A DNA stretch of 64,000 nucleotides, taken from contig JBHGNT010000006.1 in assembly GCA_043228905.1 (NCBI GenBank), positions 16,616,001 through 16,680,000 on the forward strand. Reading direction: 5' to 3'. Under the pieces are notes generated by a model that worked only from the letters and a program-made list of their open reading frames with translations, was not told the DNA's origin and ran no database searches. The DNA is from Azolla caroliniana (lineage: Eukaryota > Plantae > Polypodiophyta). Below are positions 43,305 through 55,364 of this stretch, one piece after another (within the stretch, counting starts at the first letter, position 1; each line of letters begins with the position of its first letter). The position numbers were made by a program, and so were the translations under genes.

Positions 43305-45430
43305 ATGAGGGGGTCGGACCTTGCAGAAGCCATGGCTTCGGCTATAGACCGTATAGTGAGTGCGCGCGAAGGCACCGGTGCCCTTGATAGGGCTATCGAG
43401 GCGGTTGTCGGTACGATCGGCCGGTTTAGTGGAAAGGATGCCACGAGCTACTTGGCGTCCTACGGGCTGAGATGGTAATGAGGGACATCCCGGAAGAGAG
43501 GCGTCTAGCCGGATTCCCTTGAGTGGCGATGCCGGGTATCCATACGGAGGTGCTCGAGGTACGGGCCGAGAGCCGGACCTGGGAGGAGTTCGAAGGTCAG
43601 CTCCTCGAAAGATACGGGCTTGAAGATGCGCTTCGACTTTCGAAGCGGGACTTCATGGAGTGGGTGGAGACCCCCAACAAAGGAAGGAACACATCAGTGC
43701 TCCTTCGGGAGTTTGAGGAACGCTTCGCGCGCCTCTCGGTGCTTGACCAGACCGTTCTGGACACAAGCCGTATCCTATTGTTTGTTAAGTCGGTTGACGA
43801 GCGGGATCGGGAGCAGGGAGGCCTCCTACTGGAGACTGATGACGGGCTGACGGCCGACTGGGCCGTGGTGAAAAGGGTCTGTGGCCGTTTCGACAAACGG
43901 TGGGAATGGGTTGACAAAGGGTCGACAGGGGCAGGCTCTGTCGCAGCAAAGAAGCTCGAGCCAACACCACCAACGCGAAGGGAAGAGACCTGAGATTGGC
44001 TCGAGACCGGGTCGGCTTCAACCGGCGTGGTCAAGGGCTCGTCCGGGGGAGCAGCTCTGGAGGAGCTGACGCGAATGGTAAGGGATCTCCAGATCGCCCA
44101 AGCACGGAGGGATGGTGGCGACCAAGCCCGTGACCGACGACCTCTGGCTGAAAACAGGTGCATGTGGTGTGATGCAGTTGGGCACATCCGAAAGGACTGC
44201 GGGAACTTCGTCGAGGCGATGAGAAGCAACGTGGTGTACCTGTGGAACGGTCGGGTGCACGCCAGCGAGACCTAGAGGGCCCTGAACCTGAACGTCGGGC
44301 GAGGGGGTATGAAAAGGCTGATGCAGGAGGCGGCGGCTCGTCACGCGGAGATCGTTCACTACTCGGCGTCAGTTGGTATTCGGGTCGGAGGTGGCGAGGC
44401 CCCGAAGACGAACAAAGACGGGTTCTGGCTGACGATGCTGGAAGGCCTCGCTGGCGCACGGCTGAGGAAAGAAGAGGTGGACCGCGCGGAAAAACGGATC
44501 CGGGAGGTAACCGGGTGGAGTGACCCGGTGGAAGAAAAGACGGGCTTCGTCGAAGCCGCTTGTCAAAACTACGAGGCTCTGGTGGAGGACAAGCGGGTAG
44601 GGAAAACCGGAGGGGCCGGGCCCTCGCAGCGATATGAAACTCGATTCGGGCAAAGGCGGAATGAGGCTGGTGTAACCGGCGCCCAGGATAATCCCAAGAG
44701 GGGCGGGTACCGGCTAGGCACAGAAATCGAAAGATCCACGGACCTGCGAAAGGTCCTGGAAGAACGAATCCTCGACAGCAAGGTGGAACTGTCGCTGAGG
44801 GAAGTGCTCGGGATCGCCAAGAAGGAGTTCCACGACTCCATCGTAGACTTGGTGAAGAGGAAGAGGCTGTCGACGGAGACAGAACCGGAGAAGCCAGTGG
44901 AGGTGCGGACGACGCACATAGAGAACATGGCGCTGGAAGACGAGTTGGTGGAGAGCCACTATTCGAGGCCGCACTGGGCCAGGGCGACCATGGAGACCCC
45001 TGTGAAGATCGGAGATGTTCATGAACCGGTGGTGGCGTTGGTGGACCACGGTTCAGAAATCAATTTGATGTCCATGGACTTCTATAAGAAGGGGAAATGG
45101 CCGATCAACACCAAGCACGGGTGGAAGATACGGGCAGCGATGCGTGCCATCGAAGAACTGCATGGAGCCTGCCCGAATATACGAGTAAAGATCGGCGATG
45201 TCGAGATTTACCAACACTTCTTCGTATAGGAGACGTCCTCACATCCGGTTATACTAGGAGAACCATACATCACGGCAGCACGGATGGAGACCAAGGTGCT
45301 GGACAACGGCTCGGCCTATGCAAGGGTCAAGACCCAGGATGGGCATCACTCGGTCCAGTTCCTGACGGTGAGACCAAACCATGAGCGGAACCGCGAGACC
45401 CTCGGGGGCGAAAGTCAAGAGGATTTTTAG
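43305..45430 (+). pseudogene. gag: Gag-protease ORF1 (one frameshift and several stops)
   Basis: ORFs 43523, 44027 and 44309 are in one frame; CMWCDAVGHIRKDC; LVDHGSEIN; ends ...EDF-TAG. Confidence 0.88.
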
Positions 45431-48400
45431 AGAGGGCTATCAAGGCGTGGGGCCGCGATAGTCCGGACACTCCGGGAAAACCCCACCAGTGTACGATAGC
45501 GAAAAGGACCTGTACTATAAGTAGGAAATTTTGGTTCTCCGACAACGGAGGGTGTACGATAGTTGACATTGTTGGATGGAAGAAAAAAAGGGCGGAGGAG
45601 CGACTTCGGGCATGTGGCGTCCTCGGCCTTGGAGAGGAAATCAACGGAGCCGTGGAGACGGCCTCTCTCGTCGATACCTTGGGGGAGCTGCGAGAGGTAG
45701 TCGGACGAGTCCTTGAAGAGGACCGGATGATTGCGGTATGTTCGGAAAGGATGTACGAAGTCATCGCAAACTTCAGTAGAGGGTTCGAGTCGGATCGGAC
45801 GGCACGGGTGGACACGAGGTACAAGACTGTGGACCGGAAGGTGAGGCCAGTCGCGGCTCCCTTGCCGGAGGGCAGCGAGTTGTGAATAAAGGGGGTTGCG
45901 TCGGACCCGAGTTTACGAAATCCGGCCCGCATAGGACACACGTTCACCGACATAACGCTGCGTGAGCTCAAAATCGGTGGGGGTGGCTTCCTACTGCAGG
46001 CGGAAGAGGACCGTTTTCGGGGAATGCTCGGAAGGCACGGGAAGGCTTTCGCGTTTTCACCAGAGGAGATCGGGTGCGTAGACCCGACAGTCGTGGAACC
46101 GATGGTGATATTCACGGTACCGCATGTGCCGTGGAGTCTCAAACCGATTCTAGTACCCAGAGCTCACATACCGAAGCTGATGGAGCTGTTAAAGCAGAAG
46201 GTCGAGATGGGAATCCTCGAATTGTCGAGTGCCCCATACTCGAATCGGTGGTTTACCGTGCCGAAGAAGGACGGCACGCTGCGCTTTATTCAAGACCTGC
46301 AGTCGGTCAACAAGGTGACCATTCGAAACGCAAGAATCGAACCGACAATAGACGAGTTCGCGAAGGCCTTCGCCGGAAGGTCGATTTACTCGGTCGGTGA
46401 TCTCTACTCGGGGTACGATCAGTTCCAGCTTGCCGCAGAGAGCAGAGACATCACGACATTGCGAACTCCTCTCGGCCTAGTACGGATGTGTACCCTGCCG
46501 CAAGGAGGGACGAACTCGGTGGCTCACATGGTGAACGCAATGAACAAGGTGTTGAGGGATTGTATCCCGGACATCACCATGCCGTTTTTGGATGACGTCC
46601 CGATCAAGGGATGCCCGATGGAGGAAAGGGACGAGACGATCGGACCGGACGGATGCCGGAAATTCGTGGCGATGCACATCGATGACTGCGAGAAGGTGCT
46701 GCAGAGGTTGGAGGGCGCGAGGCTCACCTTCTCCGGGGGAAAATCGGCGTTCGGGCAATTAGAGATCATGGTCGTCGCACACCTATGCGGGCCGTATGGC
46801 CGGAAACCATCTCCGGCTAAAGTGGAAGCCATCTCCGCGATGAAGCACGACTGTAGCTCGATCACGGAGGTTCGGAGGTTCTTGGGAGCGTGCGCGTTCT
46901 ACCACATATGGATCCCGCATTACGCTCACGTCGCGGAGCCGTTATACGGGTTGCTGAAAAAGGGGCGAAAATTCGAGTGGAGAGACGAGCATACAGAGTC
47001 TGTCCGAAAGATGAAGGAAGCACTTGCCGCAGCTCCGACGCTCCGAAAGGCTGTCTACGGAAAGGACACTCCAATTTACGTAACGGTAGACACGAGCCCG
47101 ACCAGGATCAGATGGGTCGTCAACCAAGAGGACGAGGACGTCATGCGTTTCCCGATATGGTTCGGCGCAAAGGTCCTCAGCGAGCGACAGCGAGGATACG
47201 CCCAAGTTAAACGCGAGCTCTGGGGTATCGTTTCGGCGGTAAAGGCCGATAAAGACTACCTGATCCGGGCAGAGGTAATTATCGAGACGGACTGCCTGCC
47301 AACTCTTGGCATGGTTTCCGGATGCACAATGCCGGACCTGGCAATGCTCAGGTGGATAGCGTACATCAAGTCCCTGAATCCGGAAATACGACACATTTCC
47401 GGGAAAGACAACGCCATGGCCGACATGCTTTCAAGGGCGAGGTTCGAAAACGAGGGTGGCATGGTTTCGGAGGATGAGGAAGTCGGCGTGGACTTCTTCG
47501 AGGCGGCCTACGTAACAACCGGCAGGGAATGCACTCCAACGCTTAACGATTTCGACGAGAGCAAGTACAACGGGGAGTGGCTACAGATCGGCGAGTTCCT
47601 GAAAACAATGACACCGGACGCGGCATGGACAAAGGATGAGGCCGACCGGATCCGGAAGAAAGCATACTTATTCTTTCTCCGGGACGGGTACATATGGAAG
47701 CACCCGAAGAAGAGGAACGACATCCCACTCCGAGTGGTGGCGAAGGAGGAACAGGAGCATTTGCTGGCGGTGTACCACGATAGCCTGCGGGCTGGACACC
47801 GTGGAACGTGGGCCACGTTCGAAAAGCTAAAGGGGAAGTACTGGTGGTCGGGACTATACCGGGACGTGCATCGGTTCGTGACGACTTGCGAGAGCTATCA
47901 GGTGCACTCCATGATCCGACATCGGGACGAGCTTCACCTGACCTACCCTCCAACCGTCCACTTCAAGTGGATGGTGGATTTGGTAACGATGCAGATGGGG
48001 GTAGGATAGATGCGGTATCTAGTGCTGGCTCGGGAAGATCTAATGAACCAGGTTGAAGGCCGAGCCCTGCAGAACAAAAAGACGGCAGCCGTGTGGGGGT
48101 TTCTGATTGAGGACGTAGTATGCCGATACGTTTGCGTAGGGAAGATCGTGGCTGACCGTGGTGAGTTGGACGCAGAAGAGGCCGAAGAGTTGTTCGACAG
48201 GCTAGGAGTCAAACTCTCGCTCACCACAGCGTACAATCCGGAGGCGAACGGGAAGGTAGAGCGCGAACACGGGCCGATTGTCAAAGCGCTAGTCAGGGCG
48301 TGCGGAGGCCAGGTCGGGAACTGGCCACGGCTGCTACCTTATGCCTTGTGGGCAGACCGGACTACGCACAGTTCGGTGACAGGGTTCATGCCGGCCGAGC

Positions 48401-48912
48401 TTATGTTCGGACAGAAACCGATCATGCCAACGGAACGGACGATCTCCTCGTGGGCCACGGTGGACTGGAGGGATGAGATGAGCCGGGAGGAACTATTGGC
48501 GGCGCGGATTCGGCAGCTCGAGCAGAGGCCGGAGGACGTAGAGCGAGCCGCGGAGAAACTTCGGGTAGCGAGGATAAGGAACAAAGCCCAGTTCGACCGA
48601 ACACACCGGCTCCGACCAAGGAAGATCGAGGAAGGCGACTGGGTGCTAGTCTACGACAGCAGCCTCGACAATCAACACAAGGCCACGCGGAAGTTCGCGA
48701 GGAGGTGGTTCGGGCCTTACGTAGTAACAGGCGCCAACGACAATGGGATGTACCATCTCGCGGAGCTCGACGGTACGAGAATGGCGATACCGGTAGCGGG
48801 AAAGAAGATCAAAGCGTTCAAGAAACGACACGACGGTGAGCCGGAGCAAGGGGGCACGAACAACAACGACGAGCAACCCGAGGCGGAGGACAAACCGGTA
48901 AACAAGGAATAA
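45427..48912 (+). pseudogene. pol: Pol RT-RNase H-integrase in the -1 frame, two point stops (45883, 48007), no chromodomain
   Basis: DLYSGYDQ, FLDDVPIKG, VDTSP, ADMLSR, GH/CESY zinc region, VADRGE, NGKVER, WFGPY. Confidence 0.9.
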
Positions 48913-50085
48913 GGGCAATGACCAGTTTTCTCCAGGAGGAACCCAATTTTGGCGCATACCAGTGGATGCGCGGTTAGGTGGGGGCGGATGTCGTGAAGAA
49001 ACCCGTCCCCAAGCGCAAACCATGTATAGCGTGTGTGAACTGGCCCTTACACATGGGCACGCCCCTCGTTGTGCAGTAGATAGGCAGGCACAAAGGTCAA
49101 ATCCTAGGTAGCAATATCCTATAGGGAGAATCGAGGAGTATCTCTGTCCGAAAGGACAGAGAATTAATGTGATGTAAACGGGTAAGACGGCCTCCCTCCT
49201 TGAGCTATAAAAGAGAGGGAGACGGGGAGAGAAAGACATCGCGCGCTAGAGGGGACGAAGTGCTGTCGGACTGGGACCGAGCTCGTCTCCTCTCCATAGC
49301 TTTCTTTGCGCAGGTTCTCGAGAGGCTGATTCTCCTCCGTGGAACGCCTGTGTGCTTCCGGCAGAATCTCCATCTTGCTCTCCTGTGTGCGTGGGTGATC
49401 AGGCATCGGCATCCGTCTCGCCGACCTGGTCGGCTGTATCCGTTCGAGTCATCTGCATACATATATTTATATACGCGTTCTTATACTCTATCTCCTGCCC
49501 AACTCGTGTCTCTTGTGTTGATTGGGCTGCATTCCCGCGCGCTTCTTTGTCTATCCGTGTGTGAGTGTCTCTCTCTCTCTCTCTTTTCCCCACCTATTCC
49601 TCGGTCCAAGACCCCAGTGGTCCCGCCTTGTTCTCCACGCACGCGCGTAACAACGCGACAACGTGTGAGAGACAGAGAGAGCAGAATGTAAGCGTAGATT
49701 CAAAAAAATGAAAATACTCTATAACTCTGTACATACAACGTGCTAAACAACATTATTTATACAAGTCCGTAAAGGATTGATAGAAGTACTGACAGGTACT
49801 TCAATATTCCTACGTGCGACTGGTACTAACTATGAGACAATGATTACCTAGTAGTCTAGGCTACTACTAGGCTTCCGGTTCCCGCTCGAATCCGGTTGTC
49901 CGATCCGTCTCCCCGATCCGGCCAGTTGTTTTTGGATACCAATCCGGATCCGATTGAGCTTGCTCGCTCAACATAACACTTATAACCCTTTTGCTCTTTC
50001 GAGTAGCTGATCAAGATACATGTCTCGGCTTTGGCAAAATCCAACTTCCTCCACTTCTCCTTTGGCACACGCACATATGTGATGC

Positions 50086-52673
50086 TGAACCCGACGTGAA
50101 GGGCAGCAAGGGAGGACGAGGATGGAAGCTTCATTGGAGGCATACGGGTACAAGAAACCGGAGGGGAGAAGTCGGCATGAGTTTGATCGATGGGTGGTGT
50201 TAGTGAAGGCCCATCGAAGCATGATGGAAGCATTCCAAGAGTTCGAGCGTCGTTTTGCTCAACTCTTGGAGCGGGATCGGAGATCGGTGGGGGGCCAATC
50301 GGAGTTGGAAGGGACTACGACGACGAAGGAAGAAGAGGCCGATGCGAAGGTCGGGTCTACGTCAGGTGAACAGCGTGATACGAAGCATGCATTACGGCCG
50401 GCGGAGGGCCAAGAAACGAGCATACATCCGGAGGAGCCACAACGAGTGACCGACAATAGCGGACCGGTTGAGCCTATGAGAGGCAAGTACGAGACGGAGG
50501 ACGAAGCGGTGAGTTGCCGAGATTGACGGATGAACGGCGTGAACGGAAGGTTGTGTCTCAGAAACCGAAGGAGGTGCGTGGAGGACAAAGGGCTACGCAC
50601 TGAGAAGAGAAAACGCGGCATCCCGGAGGACGTGCAAGGCCAAGCGGGCCAAGAGGGCGCGGGTCGAGACAAAGCGGTAACGAGAGCCACAAAGGACACC
50701 AAAGTCGGGTACATCAACACGGATGTCGGGATGGAGGTATGCTCTATCGTGAGAGAGCACCGCAAGCAAGGAAGAAACGAGGGGCGTGTAATGTGGTCAC
50801 ATAAGGACCTAAGAGCAAGTGCATATTCGGAGGATAACAATGACACATGGGTAGAGCCTACGGGAGGCAAGCGCAGAACGGAGAGAGGATGCACGCCGAG
50901 GTGCTTGGGATGAGGAGACGATTGAGCCGAAGGAGGAACACATGCGGTATGCGAGGGGCGGAATCCGGCGTGCAATCGGAGTAACCGGGAGCACATCCAG
51001 AGGACATATGCGGCGGACAAAGGAAGAGTGACCGGATTGGCAACGTTGTTCGGGAGGACCGATCGGGGAAGAAGGTGCGAGCGTTGGATATGGCGGATCA
51101 GATGGAGCCGACGGTTCGAGGACGTGCGACGGACACGATGGTTCGTGTGGAAGGCACCGGCGTGCTTGAAATGGAGAACGAAGTCAAGCAAATCCAATGA
51201 GGACATGGCAGAACCCGGTTGATCACCATTGCCAAAAATCTCACCTCTTCTCCTTTCTTGGCACATACCGGTGGATGTGCAGTTTGGTGGGGGCGGATGT
51301 CGTGAGGATTTTCAGCCATGGTGAGAAAACCCGAGTGGGAGGAATAAAACAAATGTGCAACATTGCACATGAACTTAGGAAAATTGTTACATAGGAATAA
51401 AAGACAAATGTAAGGAGGAAAAGTAAGATGTAAAGGTATAAAGGTGATGTGCACTTTGTAGACTAGAGGGAGGCACATGAAGTATGGGTGTAGGGAGTAG
51501 TGGGCATTGAGTATGTCGGTGAGAGGAGAGGGAGTTAAGACCCATCAATCTCACCTCCTAAAATCGAGGTCAAATATTCTCCTTTGAAAGAAAGGGGATT
51601 TGACCACTCCTTTGTAATGTGCCTCACCCCTTACTACTATAAAAGGGAGTGAGGGGTCTCTTGTGAAGGGGTTACCTATTTTGAGTGAGGAGGCTTCCAC
51701 TTTTTGGGTTTCTTTGGGTTGCCATTTGTTGGTAGACATGTCCCTCCGGATGGGAAGGGGGAAGAACAGTGCCAACGAACAAACTCGGCCGAGGCCGAAA
51801 CGGTATGAAGCCGGATGAGGAGTACCCGACTCCGGAGAGTCGGATGGTGTAGGCCCGACTGCGGAGAGCCGGATGAGGAGTACCCGACTGCGGAGAGCCG
51901 AATGGAGCCCATCAAGGCTACATTTGTAAATAGCCGAAAAGTCATATTAGTAAAATATGACTTAGGGCAAACCTTTTAGATATACGTGTGTGTTGTTGTC
52001 ATTCTTGTTGTTATTATTCCTTCTTGTTGGTGCAAGTAGAAATCAGAGCGCGTAACTGTACAGAGAGAGAGAGAGAGAGAGAGACGAGGTCGTTGCCTGC
52101 CTCTGTTGTAACCGCCGCCTGTGGCGAAGATCTGAGAGCACGAGGTCGTTGCCTCAGTGATCTCACTGTTGTATACTTCTGCATAGTGACAGTTTGCAGC
52201 TTGTGGGCTGCCGTGGTTTTTCCCCTATTTTTGGGGTTTTCCACGTATACCTCCTGTGCACCATTTCTCCTCTTTTGTGTTGCGTTTTAATTACCTGTTT
52301 TGCTGTGTATGTAAAGAATCTCGGTTGTGGCCGAGCGACGGACATAAGGAACGTCGAGTTCCCAACACCATTAGGGTTTCAGAATTCTGGGTTTTAGGAT
52401 CTTGTTTTAGGGGTTTCATTCTTCTTCTTCTTTTCCCCTATCTAGTTAGAATTTCATCTAGAGGATTTACATTCGACCTACACCGCCACGGTTGTAATTG
52501 GTGTGGTGCTTTCCATAATGTATCTTGTCTTGTTTAGATCTTATTCTCTTGAATCTTAATCTTTCTCTTCCTTCTCGGTTGAACTCCCAAGCTTCTCTCC
52601 CTCCTCTTACTCCCTAGTCCAAGACCCCTGTGGTCCCGTCCTATCCGACACGCATGCACGGATTTCCGCGACA
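50086..52673 (+). mobile_element. Non-autonomous Trp-lineage element (5' LTR deleted): PBS remnant, gag fragment, PPT, 3' LTR 51298-52673
   Basis: TGAACCCGACGTGAA; gag-like EAYGYKKPEGRSRHEFDRWV...FQEFERRF; same PPT and U5 motif as 42584-49660; only ~1.2 kb internal and no pol. Confidence 0.82.
51727..52367 (+). mobile_element. Solo LTR (related to the copia LTR at 55365) with TSD CCATT
   Basis: TGTTGG...CCAACA; CCATT at 51722-51726 and 52368-52372; shares AATATGACTTAGGGCAA with 55491-55507. Confidence 0.85.
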
Positions 52674-55364
52674 CCGGGGCACCCATTTTCTTTGTCAAGA
52701 AAAAGGATGGATCACTTCGTCTCGTCGTGGATTACCGTGGCTTGATAAGTTCCCCATCAGGAATAGGTATGCACTTCCCCTTATCTCGAGTACTTTAGAA
52801 CGGATTAATGGTGCAAAGTTCTTGACAAAGATCGACTTATGAGGTGCATATAACCTCATACGGATCCGACCGGGAGATGAATGGAAGACCGCTTTTCGCA
52901 CCCGATACGGGCACTTGGAGTATACGGTTATGCCATTCGGTCTCACCAATGCGCCAACAGTCTTCAAGCACATGGCAAATGATATATTCCGAGATCTCTT
53001 GGATATCTGTTTGATCATCTATTTGGATGATCTATTAGTTTATTCGAAGGCTCAAGAAGAGCATGATTCTCACGTACTATTAGTACTAAAACGACTTCAA
53101 GAACATGGACTTTATCCAAAACTGAAAAAATGTAGTTTTGAGTGCAACCAAGTGGAATTTCTAGGATATGTCATCTCCTCGGAAGGTATCTCTATGGATC
53201 CAACTAAGGTCAAAATTGTGGTAGAGTGGCAGATTCCCCATTCGTTGCGAGATGTGCAATGTTTTTTAGGTTTCACAAATTTCTACCGCAACTTTATACA
53301 AGACTACTCAAAGCTTATTTTGCCTCTCACACAGCTCACCAAGAAGGGGCAGTTGTTTGTTTGGTCTAAGGAAGTGGACACGGCTTTTGTAAGTCTTAAG
53401 AAAGCATTTACATCGGCTCCTATTCTAGTTCATGTTGATCCGAAAAAACCGTTCATCATGGAGGCAGACACGTCAGATTTCGCCCTTGGTAGCATTCTGT
53501 CAGCACAAGGCGATGATGAAAAACTACATCATATGGCTTTCCACTCGCGCAAGTTTGACGCCACCAAAATCAACTACAAGATACATGACAAGGAGCTATT
53601 GGCAATAGTGGACTCTTTTGCACAATGAAGGCATTTTTTAGAGGGATCATCAAAGTCACCGTATTCAATTATCACAAAAACCTTGCCTATTTCCAAAATG
53701 CTCGTGTATTAAATCGACGACAAGCTCAATGGGCCCAATTCCTCACTCGTTTCGACTTCAAAATGACATATCGTCCTGGAAGGCAGATGCATTATCGTGG
53801 CACTCATATCCCGTTGATCTAGCATTCAATAATCAAAAGCAAGTCATCCTAGGACCATCACGACTACAAGCAACGTGCGTATTTTACACTCCATTGAATT
53901 CCCACATTATTGAGACCATACGTGAAGACTTGGAGATGGACGCTTTCGCTCAAGCCATTCTAGCACAAATTGATCCCTCGCGGGCAACCTGTTCACAGTC
54001 GCAACAACTAGGTACGAACTATCGACAATTCAAATGTCATGATGGATTACTATTCTTTAAGAAACTCTTGTATGATTTCGCCCTTGGTAGCATTTTATCA
54101 CAACAAGACTATGATGAAAAACTACATCCTGTGGCTTTCCACTCTCGCAAGTTTGACACCATTGAAATCAATTACGAGATACATGACAAGGAGCTATTGA
54201 CAATGATGGACTCTTTTGCACAATGGAGGCATTTTTTAGAGGGATCTTCTCATCAAGTCACTGTATTCAGTGATCACAAAAACCTTTCCTATTTCCACAA
54301 TCCTCGTGTATTAAATCGACGACAAGATCGGTGGGCCCAATTCCTCACTCGTTTCGACTTCACAATTACATATCGTTCTGGAAGGCAGCAAGGGAAGGCA
54401 GATGCATTATTGCAACGCTCGTATCTAGCACCTCGTCCCAGTAATCCAACATTCGATAATCAAAAGCAAGTCATCCTGGGACCAACACGAGTGCAAGCAA
54501 CGTGCGTTTTTGACACTCCATTGGATTCCCGCATTATCGAGACCATACGTGAAGACTTGAAGACAGACACTTTTGCTCAAGCCATTCAGTGCAAATTGAT
54601 CTCTTGTGGGAAACCTGTTCACAGTCGCAACAACCAGGTACAGACTATCGATAATTTGAATGTCATGATGGATTACTATACTTTAAGAAACTCTTGTATG
54701 ATTTCGCTCTTGGTAGCATTCTGTCACAACAAGGTGATGATGAAAAACTACATCTTGTGGCTTTCCATTCGCGCAAGTTTGACACCACGGAAATCAACTA
54801 CGAGATACATGACAAGGAGCTATTGGCAATAGTGGATTCTTTTGCACAATGAAGGCATTTTTTAGAGGGATCTTCTCATCATGTCACCGTATTTAGTGAT
54901 CACAAAAACCTTGCCTATTTCCAAAATGCTTGTGTATTAAATCGACGACAAGCTCGGTGGGCCCAATTCCTCACTTATTTTGACTTCAAAGTTACATATT
55001 GTCCTGGAAGGCAGCAAGGGAAGGCAGATGCATTATCGCGGCGCTCATATCCCGGTGATCCAGCATTCGATAATCAAAAGCAAGTCATCCTAGGACCAGC
55101 ACGACCGCAATGCAACATGCGTTTTTTACACTCCATTGGATTCCCGCATTATCGAGACCATACGTGAAGACTTGAAGACAGACGCTTTCGCTCAAGCCAG
55201 TCCAGCGCAAATTGATCACGGGCAACCTGTTCACAGTCCCAACAACGAGGTACGGACTATCGATAATTCAAATGTCATGACGGATTACTATTCTTTAAGA
55301 AACTCTTGTATGTTCCCATTGATTCTTGTTGCCTTTGCGTAGATCAAAATTTTCATGACACATA
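52674..55364 (+). pseudogene. pol: Tf1/Tcn1-type Ty3 RT-RNase H with a triplicated RNase H block
   Basis: [49 protein letters not shown]; repeats start at 53476, 54074 and 54700. Confidence 0.88.

Larger units (their letters stand above)
42584..49660 (+). mobile_element. Full-length Trp-primed Ty3/gypsy with a 4-bp TSD (ACGT)
   Basis: LTRs 42584-43261 and 48989-49660, highly similar; TSD 42580-42583 / 49661-49664; PBS 43265-43282; PPT GGTGGGGGCGGA 48977-48988. Confidence 0.96.
36904..49973 (-). mobile_element. Full-length decayed Ty1/copia with a Ty3 nested in its 5' LTR
   Basis: TSD TAACA (36899-36903, 49974-49978); 3' LTR 36904-37345; 5' LTR 42476-42583 + 49665-49973; gag from ~42424, CRYCGKKDHKESEC, INT, RT YVDD, RNase H 37856..38488. 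Confidence 0.93.

Noticed and set aside
45327-46142. Long antisense ORFs (also 211-660, 37438-38142, 43597-44229, 50259-51266)
   Set aside because: Shadows of GC-rich TE coding strands with no recognisable motifs.
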